DNA from: Tannerella sp.
GTDB lineage: Bacteria > Bacteroidota > Bacteroidia > Bacteroidales > Tannerellaceae
Length of the DNA stretch: 64,000 nucleotides
Direction: 5' to 3'
Assembly (NCBI GenBank): GCA_031270465.1
Contig: JAISXP010000088.1
Span: forward strand, 667-64,666
Shown: positions 28,067 to 37,588 of the stretch, piece by piece
How positions within the stretch are numbered: position 1 is the first letter of the stretch
How the letters are laid out: the number at the start of each line of letters is the position of its first letter
Translations under genes and position numbers: made by a program
Notes under the pieces: generated by a model
The model's input: only the letters and a program-made list of their open reading frames with translations
Told to the model about the DNA's origin: nothing
The model's database searches: none

Positions 28067-28150
28067 AGAATCATTGATTCCGGACGGAATCCGGCCCCAG
28101 TTCCGAACAGAATCATTGATTCCGGATGGAATCCGGCCCCCGTTCCGTAC
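28067..28150. repeat. Two tandem 42-bp units in the convergent anmK/yitT intergenic region
   Basis: AGAATCATTGATTCCGGACGGAATCCGGCCCCAGTTCCGAAC followed by AGAATCATTGATTCCGGATGGAATCCGGCCCCCGTTCCGTAC. Each contains the hairpin GATTCC-GGAY-GGAATC. Confidence 0.85.
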
Positions 28151-28152
28151 CG

Positions 28153-29025
28153 TTATCTTATCGGTTCGAACCCTTCGCCGTAGACGCCTCGCACGGCGCT
28201 TTGCGATATGAAGGCGTTGTGGTCAATGGATTTTATCAGGCGGAAAATGGAGATGCTCTCGCGGCTTTTGGCCAGCAGAACGACGATCTTGACGGGCTCT
28301 TTCGTGTATCCGCCCTGCCCGTCCAGGATGGTGCAGCCTCGGCCGAGGTCGCGGATAATGCGTTCGGCGATTTCTTCGTATTTCTGCGTGAAGATGAAGA
28401 ACTGTACGGACTGCGTGTTTGCGTTCAGCACCTTGTCGAGGATATAGTTGTTGAAAATCATCTCGACGAATCCGAAGACGATTTTGCTGACGTCGTGAAA
28501 AAGGAAGTACGATGATCCGATGATGAAGAAGTCGCAGAACAGCAGCGTCCGTCCGATGGAGATGTGGCGGTATTTGTGCACGATGGCGCCGATGATGTCG
28601 GTGCCGCCGGTGCTGCCGTTAGACGAAAAGATGATTCCCAGCCCCGTGCCGCAGAGCGCGCCGCCAATCAGGATGGACATGAACGGCTCGCCCTCGATGA
28701 CGGGACGGCCGCCCAGCAGCCATTCGAAGAACATCAGCGAAAAGGTGAGCGACACGACGCCGAAAATCGTATTGAGCATGAATCTCATGCCCAGCATCCT
28801 GTATGCCAGGAAGAGCAGCGCCACGTTTATCACGGCGTACGAGAGCGATACCGGTATCCCGGTCATGAAGAACAGCAGCGAGCAGATACCCGTCACTCCG
28901 CCGGGCACTATCTCGTTCGAGAGGATAAAGCCGTTGAACCCGAAGGCGTATATCAGCGTCCCGACGAGGATGAAGATATAGTCGCGGAGGGGATGATAGA
29001 TTTTGTACAGCGGATTGCTTTTCAT
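28153..29025 (-). CDS. YitT family membrane protein (with DUF2179-like C-terminal domain)
   Basis: FILVGTLIYAFGFNGFILSNEIVPGGVTG...GSTGGTDI. Confidence 0.85.
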   Translation of the reverse strand: MKSNPLYKIYHPLRDYIFILVGTLIYAFGFNGFILSNEIVPGGVTGICSLLFFMTGIPVSLSYAVINVALLFLAYRMLGMRFMLNTIFGVVSLTFSLMFFEWLLGGRPVIEGEPFMSILIGGALCGTGLGIIFSSNGSTGGTDIIGAIVHKYRHISIGRTLLFCDFFIIGSSYFLFHDVSKIVFGFVEMIFNNYILDKVLNANTQSVQFFIFTQKYEEIAERIIRDLGRGCTILDGQGGYTKEPVKIVVLLAKSRESISIFRLIKSIDHNAFISQSAVRGVYGEGFEPIR

Positions 29026-29031
29026 AATGGT

Positions 29032-31848
29032 TCAGAGCACGATGTTGACAACCTTTCCGGGCACGACGATGATTTTTTTCGGCGTTTTGCCGTCCGTCCA
29101 CCTGGCCGAATTTTCGTGCGCGAGCACGGTCTTTTCGACTTCTCCGCGCGGCATGTCGACAGGCAGTTCGAGGCTGAACCGCGTCTTCCCGTTGAAGGAG
29201 ACGGCATACGTTGCCGTGTCTTCCTTCAGGTACGCTTCGTTGTATGCGGGAAAGACGGCGTCGCAGACCGTCGTGTCGTGTCCCAGCCTGTGCCATAACT
29301 CTTCGGCAACATGCGGTGCGAAAGGCGACAGCACCACGACGAAATCGGACAGCACCGCGCGCCTGTTGCACTTGAGCGCCGTCAGCTCGTTGGCGCATAT
29401 CATGAAGGCGGCGACCGACGTGTTGAAAGAGAACGATTCGATGTCCTGCCCCACTTTTCGGATCAGCTTGTGGATGGCCTTCAGTTCGCCGGCCGCGGGC
29501 GGTTCGTCGGAGACGGTGAAGACATCGCCGCGGAAGAACAGGTTCCAGAACCTGCGCAGGAAGCGCGAGACGCCGTCGATGCCGTTCGTATCCCACGGCT
29601 TGGACTGCTCGATGGGGCCGAGAAACATTTCGTACAGTCGCAGGGTGTCGGCGCCGAAACGCTCGATCACGTCGTCGGGATTGACCACGTTGTACATCGA
29701 CTTCGACATCTTCTCCACCGCCCAGCCGCAGACGTATCGCCCGTCTTCAAGTATAAATTCGGCGTCGGCGTATTCGGGATTCCAGTTCCGGAATGCTTCC
29801 AGGTCGAGGATGTCGCCGGAGACGATGTTGACGTCGACGTGAAGGGGCGTCACGTCGTAGCCGTCCTTCAGTCCGAAGGAAACAAACGTGTTCGTATGCT
29901 TGATCCGGTAGACGAAATTGCTCCGCCCCTGAATCATTCCCTGGTTGATCAGTTTGCGGAACGGTTCGTCGTCGGCCACGCAGCCGAGATCGTAGAGAAA
30001 TTTATTCCAGAAGCGGCTGTATATGAGATGTCCGGTAGCATGTTCCGTCCCGCCGACGTAGAGGTCGACGTTTCGCCAGTAAGCATTGCAGGCTTGCGAG
30101 AGCAGCCGTTCGCTGTTGTGCGGGTCTTCGTATCGCAGATAGTAGGCCGACGAGCCGGCGAATCCGGGCATCGTGCATAGTTCGAGCGGATAGATTTCGT
30201 CGCGTGAAGATATGCGTGCCGTTTCGACGACTTTTCTGTTTTTGGCATCCCATGCCCACACGGCAGCGCGTCCCAGGGGGGGTTCGCCCGTTTCGGTCGG
30301 CAGGAACTTGTCTACTTCCGGCAGTTCGACGGGCAGGTCTTCCGTTGCCACGGGGCAGGGCATCCCGTCTTTGTAATAAATCGGGAAAGGCTCGCCCCAG
30401 TAGCGCTGGCGGCTGAAAATGGCGTCGCGCAGGCGATAGTTGACCCTGGCCTGTCCCAGCCCGTGCGATGCGATGTATTTTCCGGCTTCGCGGATGGCGT
30501 CCTTCACGGTCAGCCCGTTCAGGAAACCGGAGTTGATCATGATGCCTTCCTTTGCGTCGAAGCTTTCAGTCGAGATGTCCGCTCCTTCAATCAGCGGGAC
30601 GACGGGCAGGTCGAAATGCCGTGCAAAAGCGTAGTCGCGGCTGTCGTGCGCCGGTACGGCCATGATGGCGCCTGTGCCGTAGCCGGCCAGGACGTAGTCC
30701 GAAATCCAGACGGGGATGGTTTCGCCGTTCACGGGATTGACGGCGTGCGAGCCGCTGAAGACGCCTGTCACCCGGCGGTCGGCAATCCGTTCGCGCTCGG
30801 TGCGTCGTTTGACGGCTTCCAGATAGGCGTTCACTTCGCTTCTCTGTTCGGGCGTGACGACGGCCTCGACGTATTCCGATTCGGGTGCAAGAACCATGAA
30901 AGTTACTCCGAAGATGGTGTCGGGGCGGGTGGTGAAGACTTTGATGCACGTCTCTTGTGGGGAGTAGCCGGGGGCGAGGCGAAAAACCATCTCTGCTCCT
31001 TCGCTTCGTCCGATCCAGTTGCGCTGTGTTTCTTTCATCGAATCCGTCCAGTCGAGGTTGTCCAGTCCGTCGAGCAGTCGCCGGGCGTAGGCCGAAACGC
31101 GCAGGCTCCACTGCCGCATCCTGCGCTGTTCGACCGGATGGCCTCCTCTGACGGAGAAGCCTTCGCTCACCTCGTCGTTGGCCAGTACCGTTCCCAGCGC
31201 GGGGCACCAGTTCACCACCGTGTCCGCCAGATATGCAATACGGCAGTTCATCAGCGTCTCCTGCTTTACTCTCTCCGGCATGGCCTTCCATTCTTCGGCG
31301 GTGAAATGGAGTTCTTCCGTGCAGGCGACATGCAGGTCGTGCGAGCCTTGCCGTTCAAAAACTTCGACGAGTTCGGCAATCGGACGAGCCTGCTGCGCGT
31401 CGAGGCAGTAGTACGATTCGAACATTTGTATGAAAGCCCACTGCGTCCATCTGTAGTAGTCCGGATCGCAGGTGCGGACTTCGCGCCCCCAGTCGAAACT
31501 GAAGCCCGTCTTGTCCAGCTGCTCGCGGTAGCGGCGGATATTCTCTTCCGTAGTGATGGCCGGATGCTGTCCGGTCTGGATGGCATACTGCTCGGCCGGC
31601 AAGCCGTAGGCGTCGTAACCCATGGGATGCAGGACGTTGAACCCGCGCAGCCGTTTGTAGCGAGAATAGATGTCGGACGCGATATATCCCAGCGGATGAC
31701 CGACATGCAACCCCGCACCCGACGGATACGGAAACATGTCCAGCACGTAGTATTTCGGTTTGTCCGCTCTTTCCGTCACCGTGTACACACCGTTTTCGCG
31801 CCACGCTGTCTGCCATTTTTTTTCGATTTCTCTGAAATTGTATTCCAT
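29032..31848 (-). CDS. leuS: Leucine--tRNA ligase
   Basis: 938 aa. [16 protein letters not shown] (HIGH region) and a KMSKS motif ([10 protein letters not shown]). Confidence 0.97.
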   Translation of the reverse strand: MEYNFREIEKKWQTAWRENGVYTVTERADKPKYYVLDMFPYPSGAGLHVGHPLGYIASDIYSRYKRLRGFNVLHPMGYDAYGLPAEQYAIQTGQHPAITTEENIRRYREQLDKTGFSFDWGREVRTCDPDYYRWTQWAFIQMFESYYCLDAQQARPIAELVEVFERQGSHDLHVACTEELHFTAEEWKAMPERVKQETLMNCRIAYLADTVVNWCPALGTVLANDEVSEGFSVRGGHPVEQRRMRQWSLRVSAYARRLLDGLDNLDWTDSMKETQRNWIGRSEGAEMVFRLAPGYSPQETCIKVFTTRPDTIFGVTFMVLAPESEYVEAVVTPEQRSEVNAYLEAVKRRTERERIADRRVTGVFSGSHAVNPVNGETIPVWISDYVLAGYGTGAIMAVPAHDSRDYAFARHFDLPVVPLIEGADISTESFDAKEGIMINSGFLNGLTVKDAIREAGKYIASHGLGQARVNYRLRDAIFSRQRYWGEPFPIYYKDGMPCPVATEDLPVELPEVDKFLPTETGEPPLGRAAVWAWDAKNRKVVETARISSRDEIYPLELCTMPGFAGSSAYYLRYEDPHNSERLLSQACNAYWRNVDLYVGGTEHATGHLIYSRFWNKFLYDLGCVADDEPFRKLINQGMIQGRSNFVYRIKHTNTFVSFGLKDGYDVTPLHVDVNIVSGDILDLEAFRNWNPEYADAEFILEDGRYVCGWAVEKMSKSMYNVVNPDDVIERFGADTLRLYEMFLGPIEQSKPWDTNGIDGVSRFLRRFWNLFFRGDVFTVSDEPPAAGELKAIHKLIRKVGQDIESFSFNTSVAAFMICANELTALKCNRRAVLSDFVVVLSPFAPHVAEELWHRLGHDTTVCDAVFPAYNEAYLKEDTATYAVSFNGKTRFSLELPVDMPRGEVEKTVLAHENSARWTDGKTPKKIIVVPGKVVNIVL

Positions 31849-31896
31849 TATATAATTCTATCTTTTCAATCCTGTAAGTGTTTCAAGAAAACGGCG

Positions 31897-31904
31897 CAAA
31901 ATTA
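31897..31904 (-). promoter_or_regulatory. Bacteroidetes-type -7 promoter box (TAnnTTTG)
   Basis: Minus-strand TAATTTTG, 48 nt upstream of the leuS ATG. Confidence 0.45.
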
Positions 31905-32011
31905 CATGAAAAACTCGGGTTTTCCAAGCGGGCGATAAAAACGGGTGCATTTCAATGCGACAAATTGAAATGCCTCCGTTTTTTATCGTCGCCTGTTCGG
32001 ACTTTTTGTCG

Positions 32012-32019
32012 TACATTTG
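32012..32019 (+). promoter_or_regulatory. Bacteroidetes-type -7 promoter box (TAnnTTTG)
   Basis: TACATTTG, 36 nt upstream of the queF ATG. Confidence 0.45.
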
Positions 32020-32055
32020 TCCCCGTGTGCTTGCAAACCACGTTAAAAACAGGAA

Positions 32056-32520
32056 ATGAAAAAAATGAACCCCAAAGAAACATTCACGGCACTGGGCCGT
32101 AAGGTTGATTACAAGTCGGACTACGCGCCGGAAACGCTGGAAACGTTTGCCAACAGGCATCCGGAAAACGATTACCGCGTACGCTTCAACTGCCCGGAAT
32201 TTACAAGCCTGTGTCCGATTACCGGACAGCCCGATTTTGCGACCATCGTGATCGACTATATCCCCGACCTGCGGTTAGTCGAAAGCAAAAGTTTGAAACT
32301 GTATCTGTTCAGTTTCCGCAATCACGGCGCATTCCACGAAGATTGCGTCAACCTGATCATGAAAGACCTGATTCGTGTGATGGATCCGAAATATATCGAA
32401 GTGACAGGCCTTTTCGTGCCCCGCGGCGGCATCAGCATCCATCCGTACTGCAACTACGGACGCCCCGGGACAGGATACGAAACGCGCGCCGTACAGCGAC
32501 TGCTCGGTCATCAGACTTAA
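32056..32520 (+). CDS. queF: NADPH-dependent 7-cyano-7-deazaguanine reductase
   Basis: [17 protein letters not shown]...[21 protein letters not shown]. Confidence 0.9.
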   Translation: MKKMNPKETFTALGRKVDYKSDYAPETLETFANRHPENDYRVRFNCPEFTSLCPITGQPDFATIVIDYIPDLRLVESKSLKLYLFSFRNHGAFHEDCVNLIMKDLIRVMDPKYIEVTGLFVPRGGISIHPYCNYGRPGTGYETRAVQRLLGHQT

Positions 32521-32616
32521 TGTCTTTTTGTCGCATTGCCTGCGCATTTTATTACGGAATTATTACCGCACGGAAAAAATATTGCGCCCCAGGCCTCTTC
32601 TCTGGCGGTTTATTTT

Positions 32617-32624
32617 TATTTTTG
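32617..32624 (+). promoter_or_regulatory. Bacteroidetes-type -7 promoter box (TAnnTTTG)
   Basis: TATTTTTG, 20 nt upstream of the ATG at 32645 chosen as the histidine kinase start. Confidence 0.45.
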
Positions 32625-32644
32625 CGACGGCAAACAGGATAAAT

Positions 32645-34042
32645 ATGGAAAAGCAAATCAGAATAGTTTGGCTATTGTCTCTGGTATCGGCCATTCTGGC
32701 GACAGGCGTGCAGGGATACTGGCTGTATAATCAGTATGCCTTTGTAGTTGATTCCTGCGCGCAGGAACTGGCGGAAAAGATTCTGGAAGCGGGCGAAAGG
32801 GAATTTGAAATCCGCCGGACAAAGGAGAATGCGGCAACTCAGTACGTCATCCAGCAACATACGATGTATGGTAAAAACGACAGCCTGCAGCCTTTTCGCA
32901 CGCAGAGGATACTGATTTCGATGAACCGGCACGACACGGTGAAACTGACGCATCTGAAGTTATATTGGGATTCCCGCATTTCCGAAAAGGAACTGCGCGC
33001 GGGACTCGACCGCGCCGTCGCAGACCTGGTATGCCCGTTCCGGCAGGAACTGCTGGATTCCCTCCTTGCGACGGAATTGCCCGACCTGCGATACACGGTT
33101 TCGCCCTGGCACGAGGACGATTCCGTGCGCTACGTCTCGCACTGGGAACGGAAAGGCCGCCTGCTTCGACCGCAGGTTGAGGTCTGCTACGCCAGCAATC
33201 CGCTGGAGAAAAAAGGGATAGTCATACGCGCACTCATTCCGGGTCAACCGGTTTTCCGGCGAATGGCTGTGCAGTGGGCGCTGGCCTGCGGGCTGATTAT
33301 GCTGCTTGCAGGCTGCTTCGTCTTCCAGATAAAAACCATCCTGAAGCAGAAGAAGACAGGCGAATTGCGCGAGCATTTTGTCAATACGATGATACACGAA
33401 CTGAAACGTCCGGTGCAGACGCTCAAAACGTTTGTTGCGTTTCTGGGCGACAGGGAGATGCGCAGCGACGAACACGCTACGGAGCAGGTCTCGCAGGATG
33501 CCATGTTTGAACTCGACAACTTGTCGGTCTACCTGAACAAACTGAAAGACATGCTTCGCGCCGACAGCGAGGCCACGGCGCTGAACCGCACGCGCTTCGA
33601 CCTGCCTGCACTGATCGGGAAAATCGTCCGTCTCACCCCCGTGCCGGCCGGAAAAACCGTGCGGTTCTCCACATCCTGCGAGATGGGCGAATCCGCACTT
33701 GTCGAGGCCGACCCCGTACATATCGCCAACGTGCTGAACAATCTGGTAGAAAATGCCGTCAAATATTCCGGACAGGAGGTCGACATCGAAATAAAAGCCT
33801 CGCGAAAAGGGAAAGGAATAAGCCTGACCGTATCCGACAGCGGCATAGGCATCCCACCGGCCGAACAGGATAAAGTATTCGCCAAATTCTACCGCGGCGC
33901 CAATCTGCCCGAAAAGGATATGCCCGGCCTGGGACTGGGACTGAGCTACGTCGCCCTGATAGCCAAAGCCCATCAGGGCGACGTCTCCCTGAACAGCCGG
34001 CCGGGAAAAGGAACATCGGTCACTTTATTCATCCCCCAGTGA
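32645..34042 (+). CDS. Sensor histidine kinase
   Basis: H-box FVNTMIHELKRPV and an HATPase_c domain (NLVENAVKY...VSDSGIGIP...GLGLGLSYV). The start was moved to the ATG at 32645 (MEKQIRIVWLLSLV TM segment). Confidence 0.85.
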   Translation: MEKQIRIVWLLSLVSAILATGVQGYWLYNQYAFVVDSCAQELAEKILEAGEREFEIRRTKENAATQYVIQQHTMYGKNDSLQPFRTQRILISMNRHDTVKLTHLKLYWDSRISEKELRAGLDRAVADLVCPFRQELLDSLLATELPDLRYTVSPWHEDDSVRYVSHWERKGRLLRPQVEVCYASNPLEKKGIVIRALIPGQPVFRRMAVQWALACGLIMLLAGCFVFQIKTILKQKKTGELREHFVNTMIHELKRPVQTLKTFVAFLGDREMRSDEHATEQVSQDAMFELDNLSVYLNKLKDMLRADSEATALNRTRFDLPALIGKIVRLTPVPAGKTVRFSTSCEMGESALVEADPVHIANVLNNLVENAVKYSGQEVDIEIKASRKGKGISLTVSDSGIGIPPAEQDKVFAKFYRGANLPEKDMPGLGLGLSYVALIAKAHQGDVSLNSRPGKGTSVTLFIPQ

Positions 34043-34728
34043 AACCGGAACTGAAGATACTCTTTGCCGACGACGACCTGAAATATTCTCTGGTACTGAA
34101 ACGGTTCCTGGAAAAAGAAGGATACGATGTGACCTACACGGGCAACGGCCTGCTGGCGCTGGAACAGTTCAACCGGACAAAGCCCGACCTGGTGCTGCTC
34201 GACATCAACATGCCCGGCATGAACGGCTTCGAGGTGGCCGAAAAAATCAGAGAAAAAGACAGACGCACGCTGATATTCTTCCTCACCGACCTCTCGGACA
34301 AAAACGCCCGGCTGAAAGGATTCGGTCTGCATGGCAACGACTATCTGGCCAAGCCGTTCTATCCCGAAGAACTGATTGCACGCATCAGAGAGCGTTTCGG
34401 CGCGACAGCGGACACGGCCGGAGAAGAAACCTGCACCTTCGGCGAAACGGTATTCAACTACAGCGCCAACGAACTGCGGACGGGCAACAGCAAGACTCTG
34501 ATCACCTCGCGCCAGGCGGACATACTCCGAATGCTTGCCGCAAACCTCAACGCCGCCGTCAGCCGCGAAGCCATCCTCTCGTCCGTCTGGGGCGACGCGT
34601 CCTATGCCAACTCCCTTGCGCTGAACGTCCAGATATCATACCTCCGCAAAGCGCTGAAAAACGACTCCTCCGCAGCCATCGTGTCGCTGTCAAAAAAAGG
34701 ATACATGCTGAAGACAGACGAGACCTGA
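34039..34728 (+). CDS. OmpR-type response regulator transcription factor
   Basis: Receiver domain (ILFADDD...LVLLDINMPGMNG...KPF) plus a winged-helix C-terminus. The GTG start overlaps the kinase stop (GTGA). Confidence 0.9.
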   Translation: MKPELKILFADDDLKYSLVLKRFLEKEGYDVTYTGNGLLALEQFNRTKPDLVLLDINMPGMNGFEVAEKIREKDRRTLIFFLTDLSDKNARLKGFGLHGNDYLAKPFYPEELIARIRERFGATADTAGEETCTFGETVFNYSANELRTGNSKTLITSRQADILRMLAANLNAAVSREAILSSVWGDASYANSLALNVQISYLRKALKNDSSAAIVSLSKKGYMLKTDET

Positions 34729-34831
34729 GCGTCCGCAGAAAAGAGAAACGGAAAACCGGCAACAAGACAGTTAAAAGATTCAAAGATACAAAGATTCTAT
34801 TTTTCCCCTTTTATTTTCCACGCAAATTTCA

Positions 34832-34839
34832 TATCTTTG
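34832..34839 (+). promoter_or_regulatory. Bacteroidetes-type -7 promoter box (TAnnTTTG)
   Basis: TATCTTTG, 65 nt upstream of the ATG at 34905. Confidence 0.45.
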
Positions 34840-34904
34840 TCGGGAATTTATAACCGTGATACCGATGCTATTCGACAGGCCGGTATCAAATATATTAATG
34901 TATT

Positions 34905-35477
34905 ATGAATAGAAAAAGTTTATTGAAGATTGTTTGCGCATGTCTACTCTGCGCAAGTTGCAGTGTGCCGGTGTTTGCACAAACCGCCTTTGCGAAAGGC
35001 GATAAGGTGATTAATCTGGGAGTGGGTCTGCCGACCTATCTGGGCGGACGCGGTTACTCCATAAGCATGCCCCTCGTTTCAGGCTCGTTCGAATACGGCA
35101 TCGTCGACAACTTGATCGACGGAAAAGCATCGATAGGCATTGGCGGCTATCTGGCATACACGGCCAACAAGTATGAATACGGACCCGACTACGGACACAA
35201 GTATTCTTACTTTATCATAGGAACACGCGGCGCATTCCACTATTCGCCCATTCCGAAACTGGATACGTATGGCGGCGCCATGTTCGGTTACAACGTAGTC
35301 GGCTCGTCTGCCTACGGCGCTCACTCGGACTGGAGCAGCTACAAGGTCAACGGCAGCGAAATAGGCTATTCGATTTTCGTCGGCGCACGCTATTTCTTTG
35401 CAGACAACATGGCGGTATTTGGCGAGATGGGCTACGGTATCGCACCTATAGAAGCAGGTATATCGTTCTCGTTCTGA
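34905..35477 (+). CDS. Small outer-membrane beta-barrel protein (function unknown)
   Basis: Signal peptide ending VFAQ, alternating Gly/aromatic beta-strand pattern, and a C-terminal ...GISFSF. Confidence 0.6.
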   Translation: MNRKSLLKIVCACLLCASCSVPVFAQTAFAKGDKVINLGVGLPTYLGGRGYSISMPLVSGSFEYGIVDNLIDGKASIGIGGYLAYTANKYEYGPDYGHKYSYFIIGTRGAFHYSPIPKLDTYGGAMFGYNVVGSSAYGAHSDWSSYKVNGSEIGYSIFVGARYFFADNMAVFGEMGYGIAPIEAGISFSF

Positions 35478-35484
35478 ACCGGTT

Positions 35485-35784
35485 TCAGTCTATATAGACC
35501 GGAAGAGACGGATCGCGGCGCAACTTGTCTATCAGCCGGATTTGTTCCGGCACGATGCGGTCCGGCGAAAGAGGAGACAGATTGTCCGGGGCAAAGAACC
35601 CTTTGTCGAGGATATCGAATGTTTTCGTAAATTCACCTCCGGTTATTTCGTAAAGTATAAACAGTTTGTAGATGTAAAACGGGCTGGCGGGATGTGGATG
35701 GCAGCGTTTGTCCATGACCGCCAGCAACCGTCCGACACCGGGATATTTGTTCTTTTTACATAAATAAACGGAACGAATACGGTG
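35485..35784 (-). pseudogene. 3' remnant of a NUDIX hydrolase-like gene
   Basis: The open frame of about 99 codons reads ...PGVGRLLAVMDKRCHPHPASPFYIYKLFILYEITGGEFTKTFDILDKGFFAPDNLSPLSPDRIVPEQI. This resembles only the C-terminal half of Nudix_N_2-type NUDIX proteins. No Nudix box or N-terminal half is present upstream. Confidence 0.4.
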
Positions 35785-35803
35785 TTATTTCACGATAATA
35801 AAT

Positions 35804-35811
35804 TACTTTTG
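35804..35811 (+). promoter_or_regulatory. Bacteroidetes-type -7 promoter box (TAnnTTTG)
   Basis: TACTTTTG, upstream of the M64 peptidase gene. It is 37 nt from the track start at 35849 and 169 nt from the ATG at 35981. Confidence 0.5.
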
Positions 35812-35880
35812 CTGCGGGAAATATTCTTTCCCGTATATGTAAATTTTATTGACTATGAAAAAGATGCGATTTCAGAAAGA

Positions 35881-36006
35881 ATATACTGCACACGGCATGA
35901 TTTTGCGCATTGAATTTAGAGTTAAAAGATTCAAAAATTCAAAGACGCAGAGGTTTTCAACAGGAGCACTCCGTGTGTTGATGAACAGGTTTATCCCGCG
36001 CTCAGT
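35881..36006 (+). repeat. Copy B of the ~120-bp dispersed element (see 421..540)
   Basis: Aligns with the reverse complement of 421..540. It contains the ATGAACAGGTTTAT.CCGCGC block that supplies the likely M64 start codon. Confidence 0.7.
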
Positions 36007-37291
36007 CTGTTTGGCGCGCCTTCGGACGGTGGCAGCCATGTTCTGTCTTTGCGTCGCGCCTGTTTTGGCGCAGACGGATTTCGATACTTATTTCGAAGCG
36101 AAAAGCCTGCGTGTCGATTTTGCGCTCAGCGGCAACACATTCACGCAGTCGGCCGCCCTGCAGCAATTGCGTGAAGAACCGGTTTGGGGCGGCCCCGTGA
36201 AAAATCTGACCGATACGTTCGGATATGGAGGATATTATATCAGAGCATTTGACGGGGAAACGGGTAATCTGATTTATTCCAGAGGATTTAATACGCTGTT
36301 CGAAGAATGGCGTACGACGGATCAGGCGAAGACGGAAACACAGTCGTGGACAAACAGCATATCGGTTCCCTACCCGAAAAAGGCAATTGTGCTGGAGTTG
36401 CTGGCGCGCGACCGCGCCTCCAACCTGTTCTCTCCACTGATGCGGTTAGATGTCGATCCGGAAAGCATTTATATCGATCGCAGTCCGCTGAAAGACCTGA
36501 CCGCGGAAAAGATTCATTACAGAGGCGACCCCGCCGGAAAAGTCGATTTGGTCTTTGTTCCCGAAGGATATACCGCCGCCGAGATGGATAAATTCGGCAA
36601 AGACGCCGCCCGCTTCGCCCGGGCACTGTTCGAAACGCCACCTTACGATACCCGACAGGACGACTTCAATATCTGGGCTGTCCGTCTGCCTTCCGAAGAA
36701 TCGGGTGTCGACATATCGGGCAAAGACATATTCAAAAATACGGCGCTCAATGCCGGTTTTTATACCTTCGGCATCGAACGTTACCTGACAACGGCCGACA
36801 TGAAATCCATTCGCGATGCAGTATGGAACGTGCCTTGCGACGCCATCTTCGTGCTGGTCAATTCCGAGATTTACGGCGGCGGAGGGATGTACAATTTTTA
36901 CGCCGTCGGTACGGCCGACAATCCGCGTACGATTCGCGTGTTTGTGCACGAACTGGGACACAGCTTTGCCGGACTGGCAGACGAATATTTTCAGTCGGAA
37001 GTGGCATACAACGACTTCTATAACCTTGAACTGGAACCGTGGGAACCGAACATCACTACGCTGGTCGACTTTGCATCCAAATGGCAGGACATGCTCTCGC
37101 CGGGCACACCTGTTCCAACGCCGGCAGAAGCTCCCTATATAGACGGAACGGGCGTGTTCGAAGGCGGCGGATATGTGGCGAAAGGCATTTACCGCCCTGT
37201 CGACCATTGCACAATGCGCGACATGGCGCCGTTTTGTCCCGTCTGCCGCCGCGCTATTCTGCGGATGATTGACTTCGTAGCCGACAAATAG
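35981..37291 (+). CDS. M64 family (IgA-peptidase-like) zinc metallopeptidase
   Basis: VHELGHSFAGLADEY zinc motif. The start is placed at the ATG at 35981 (MNRFIPRSVCLARLRTVAAMFCLCVAPVLAQ signal). The track start at 35849 would read through the repeat element. Confidence 0.85.
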   Translation: MNRFIPRSVCLARLRTVAAMFCLCVAPVLAQTDFDTYFEAKSLRVDFALSGNTFTQSAALQQLREEPVWGGPVKNLTDTFGYGGYYIRAFDGETGNLIYSRGFNTLFEEWRTTDQAKTETQSWTNSISVPYPKKAIVLELLARDRASNLFSPLMRLDVDPESIYIDRSPLKDLTAEKIHYRGDPAGKVDLVFVPEGYTAAEMDKFGKDAARFARALFETPPYDTRQDDFNIWAVRLPSEESGVDISGKDIFKNTALNAGFYTFGIERYLTTADMKSIRDAVWNVPCDAIFVLVNSEIYGGGGMYNFYAVGTADNPRTIRVFVHELGHSFAGLADEYFQSEVAYNDFYNLELEPWEPNITTLVDFASKWQDMLSPGTPVPTPAEAPYIDGTGVFEGGGYVAKGIYRPVDHCTMRDMAPFCPVCRRAILRMIDFVADK

Positions 37292-37588
37292 ATTTCAGCC
37301 GCTTACATATTTTTGCGGTTTTTTATCTGTTTTTAAACCGTTATATCCGAAGAAAAAAACTACTTTTACCATTAATTTAAAAAGATAATCGCGTTTTGGA
37401 TTTTCGAAAATCCGGTATGCTGCATGATTGTTTAAATACAATACGCACATATTCAGACAGATTGATATGTATTTATGCACCTTTGAAGCATATATTTTGT
37501 TGGCCGGATACGAACAGGAAGAGATGAAAAAGTTGCGGATTTCGGAACGCCCAAAATTTTGCGAGTTGTTGTTTTAAAATATATTATT

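Noticed and set aside
31849-32055. Possible preQ1 riboswitch upstream of queF.
   Set aside because: I could not find the compact preQ1-I hairpin with an A-rich tail. Only a -7 promoter box and a short leader are visible. An Infernal/Rfam scan would settle it.
35849-35980. The 5' extension of the M64 ORF (MTMKKMRFQKEYTAHGMILRIEFRVKRFKNSKTQRF...).
   Set aside because: It reads through the dispersed repeat element. The equivalent ORF over copy A (353..685, minus) gives a similar peptide in a non-genic context, so this is repeat-derived rather than coding sequence.
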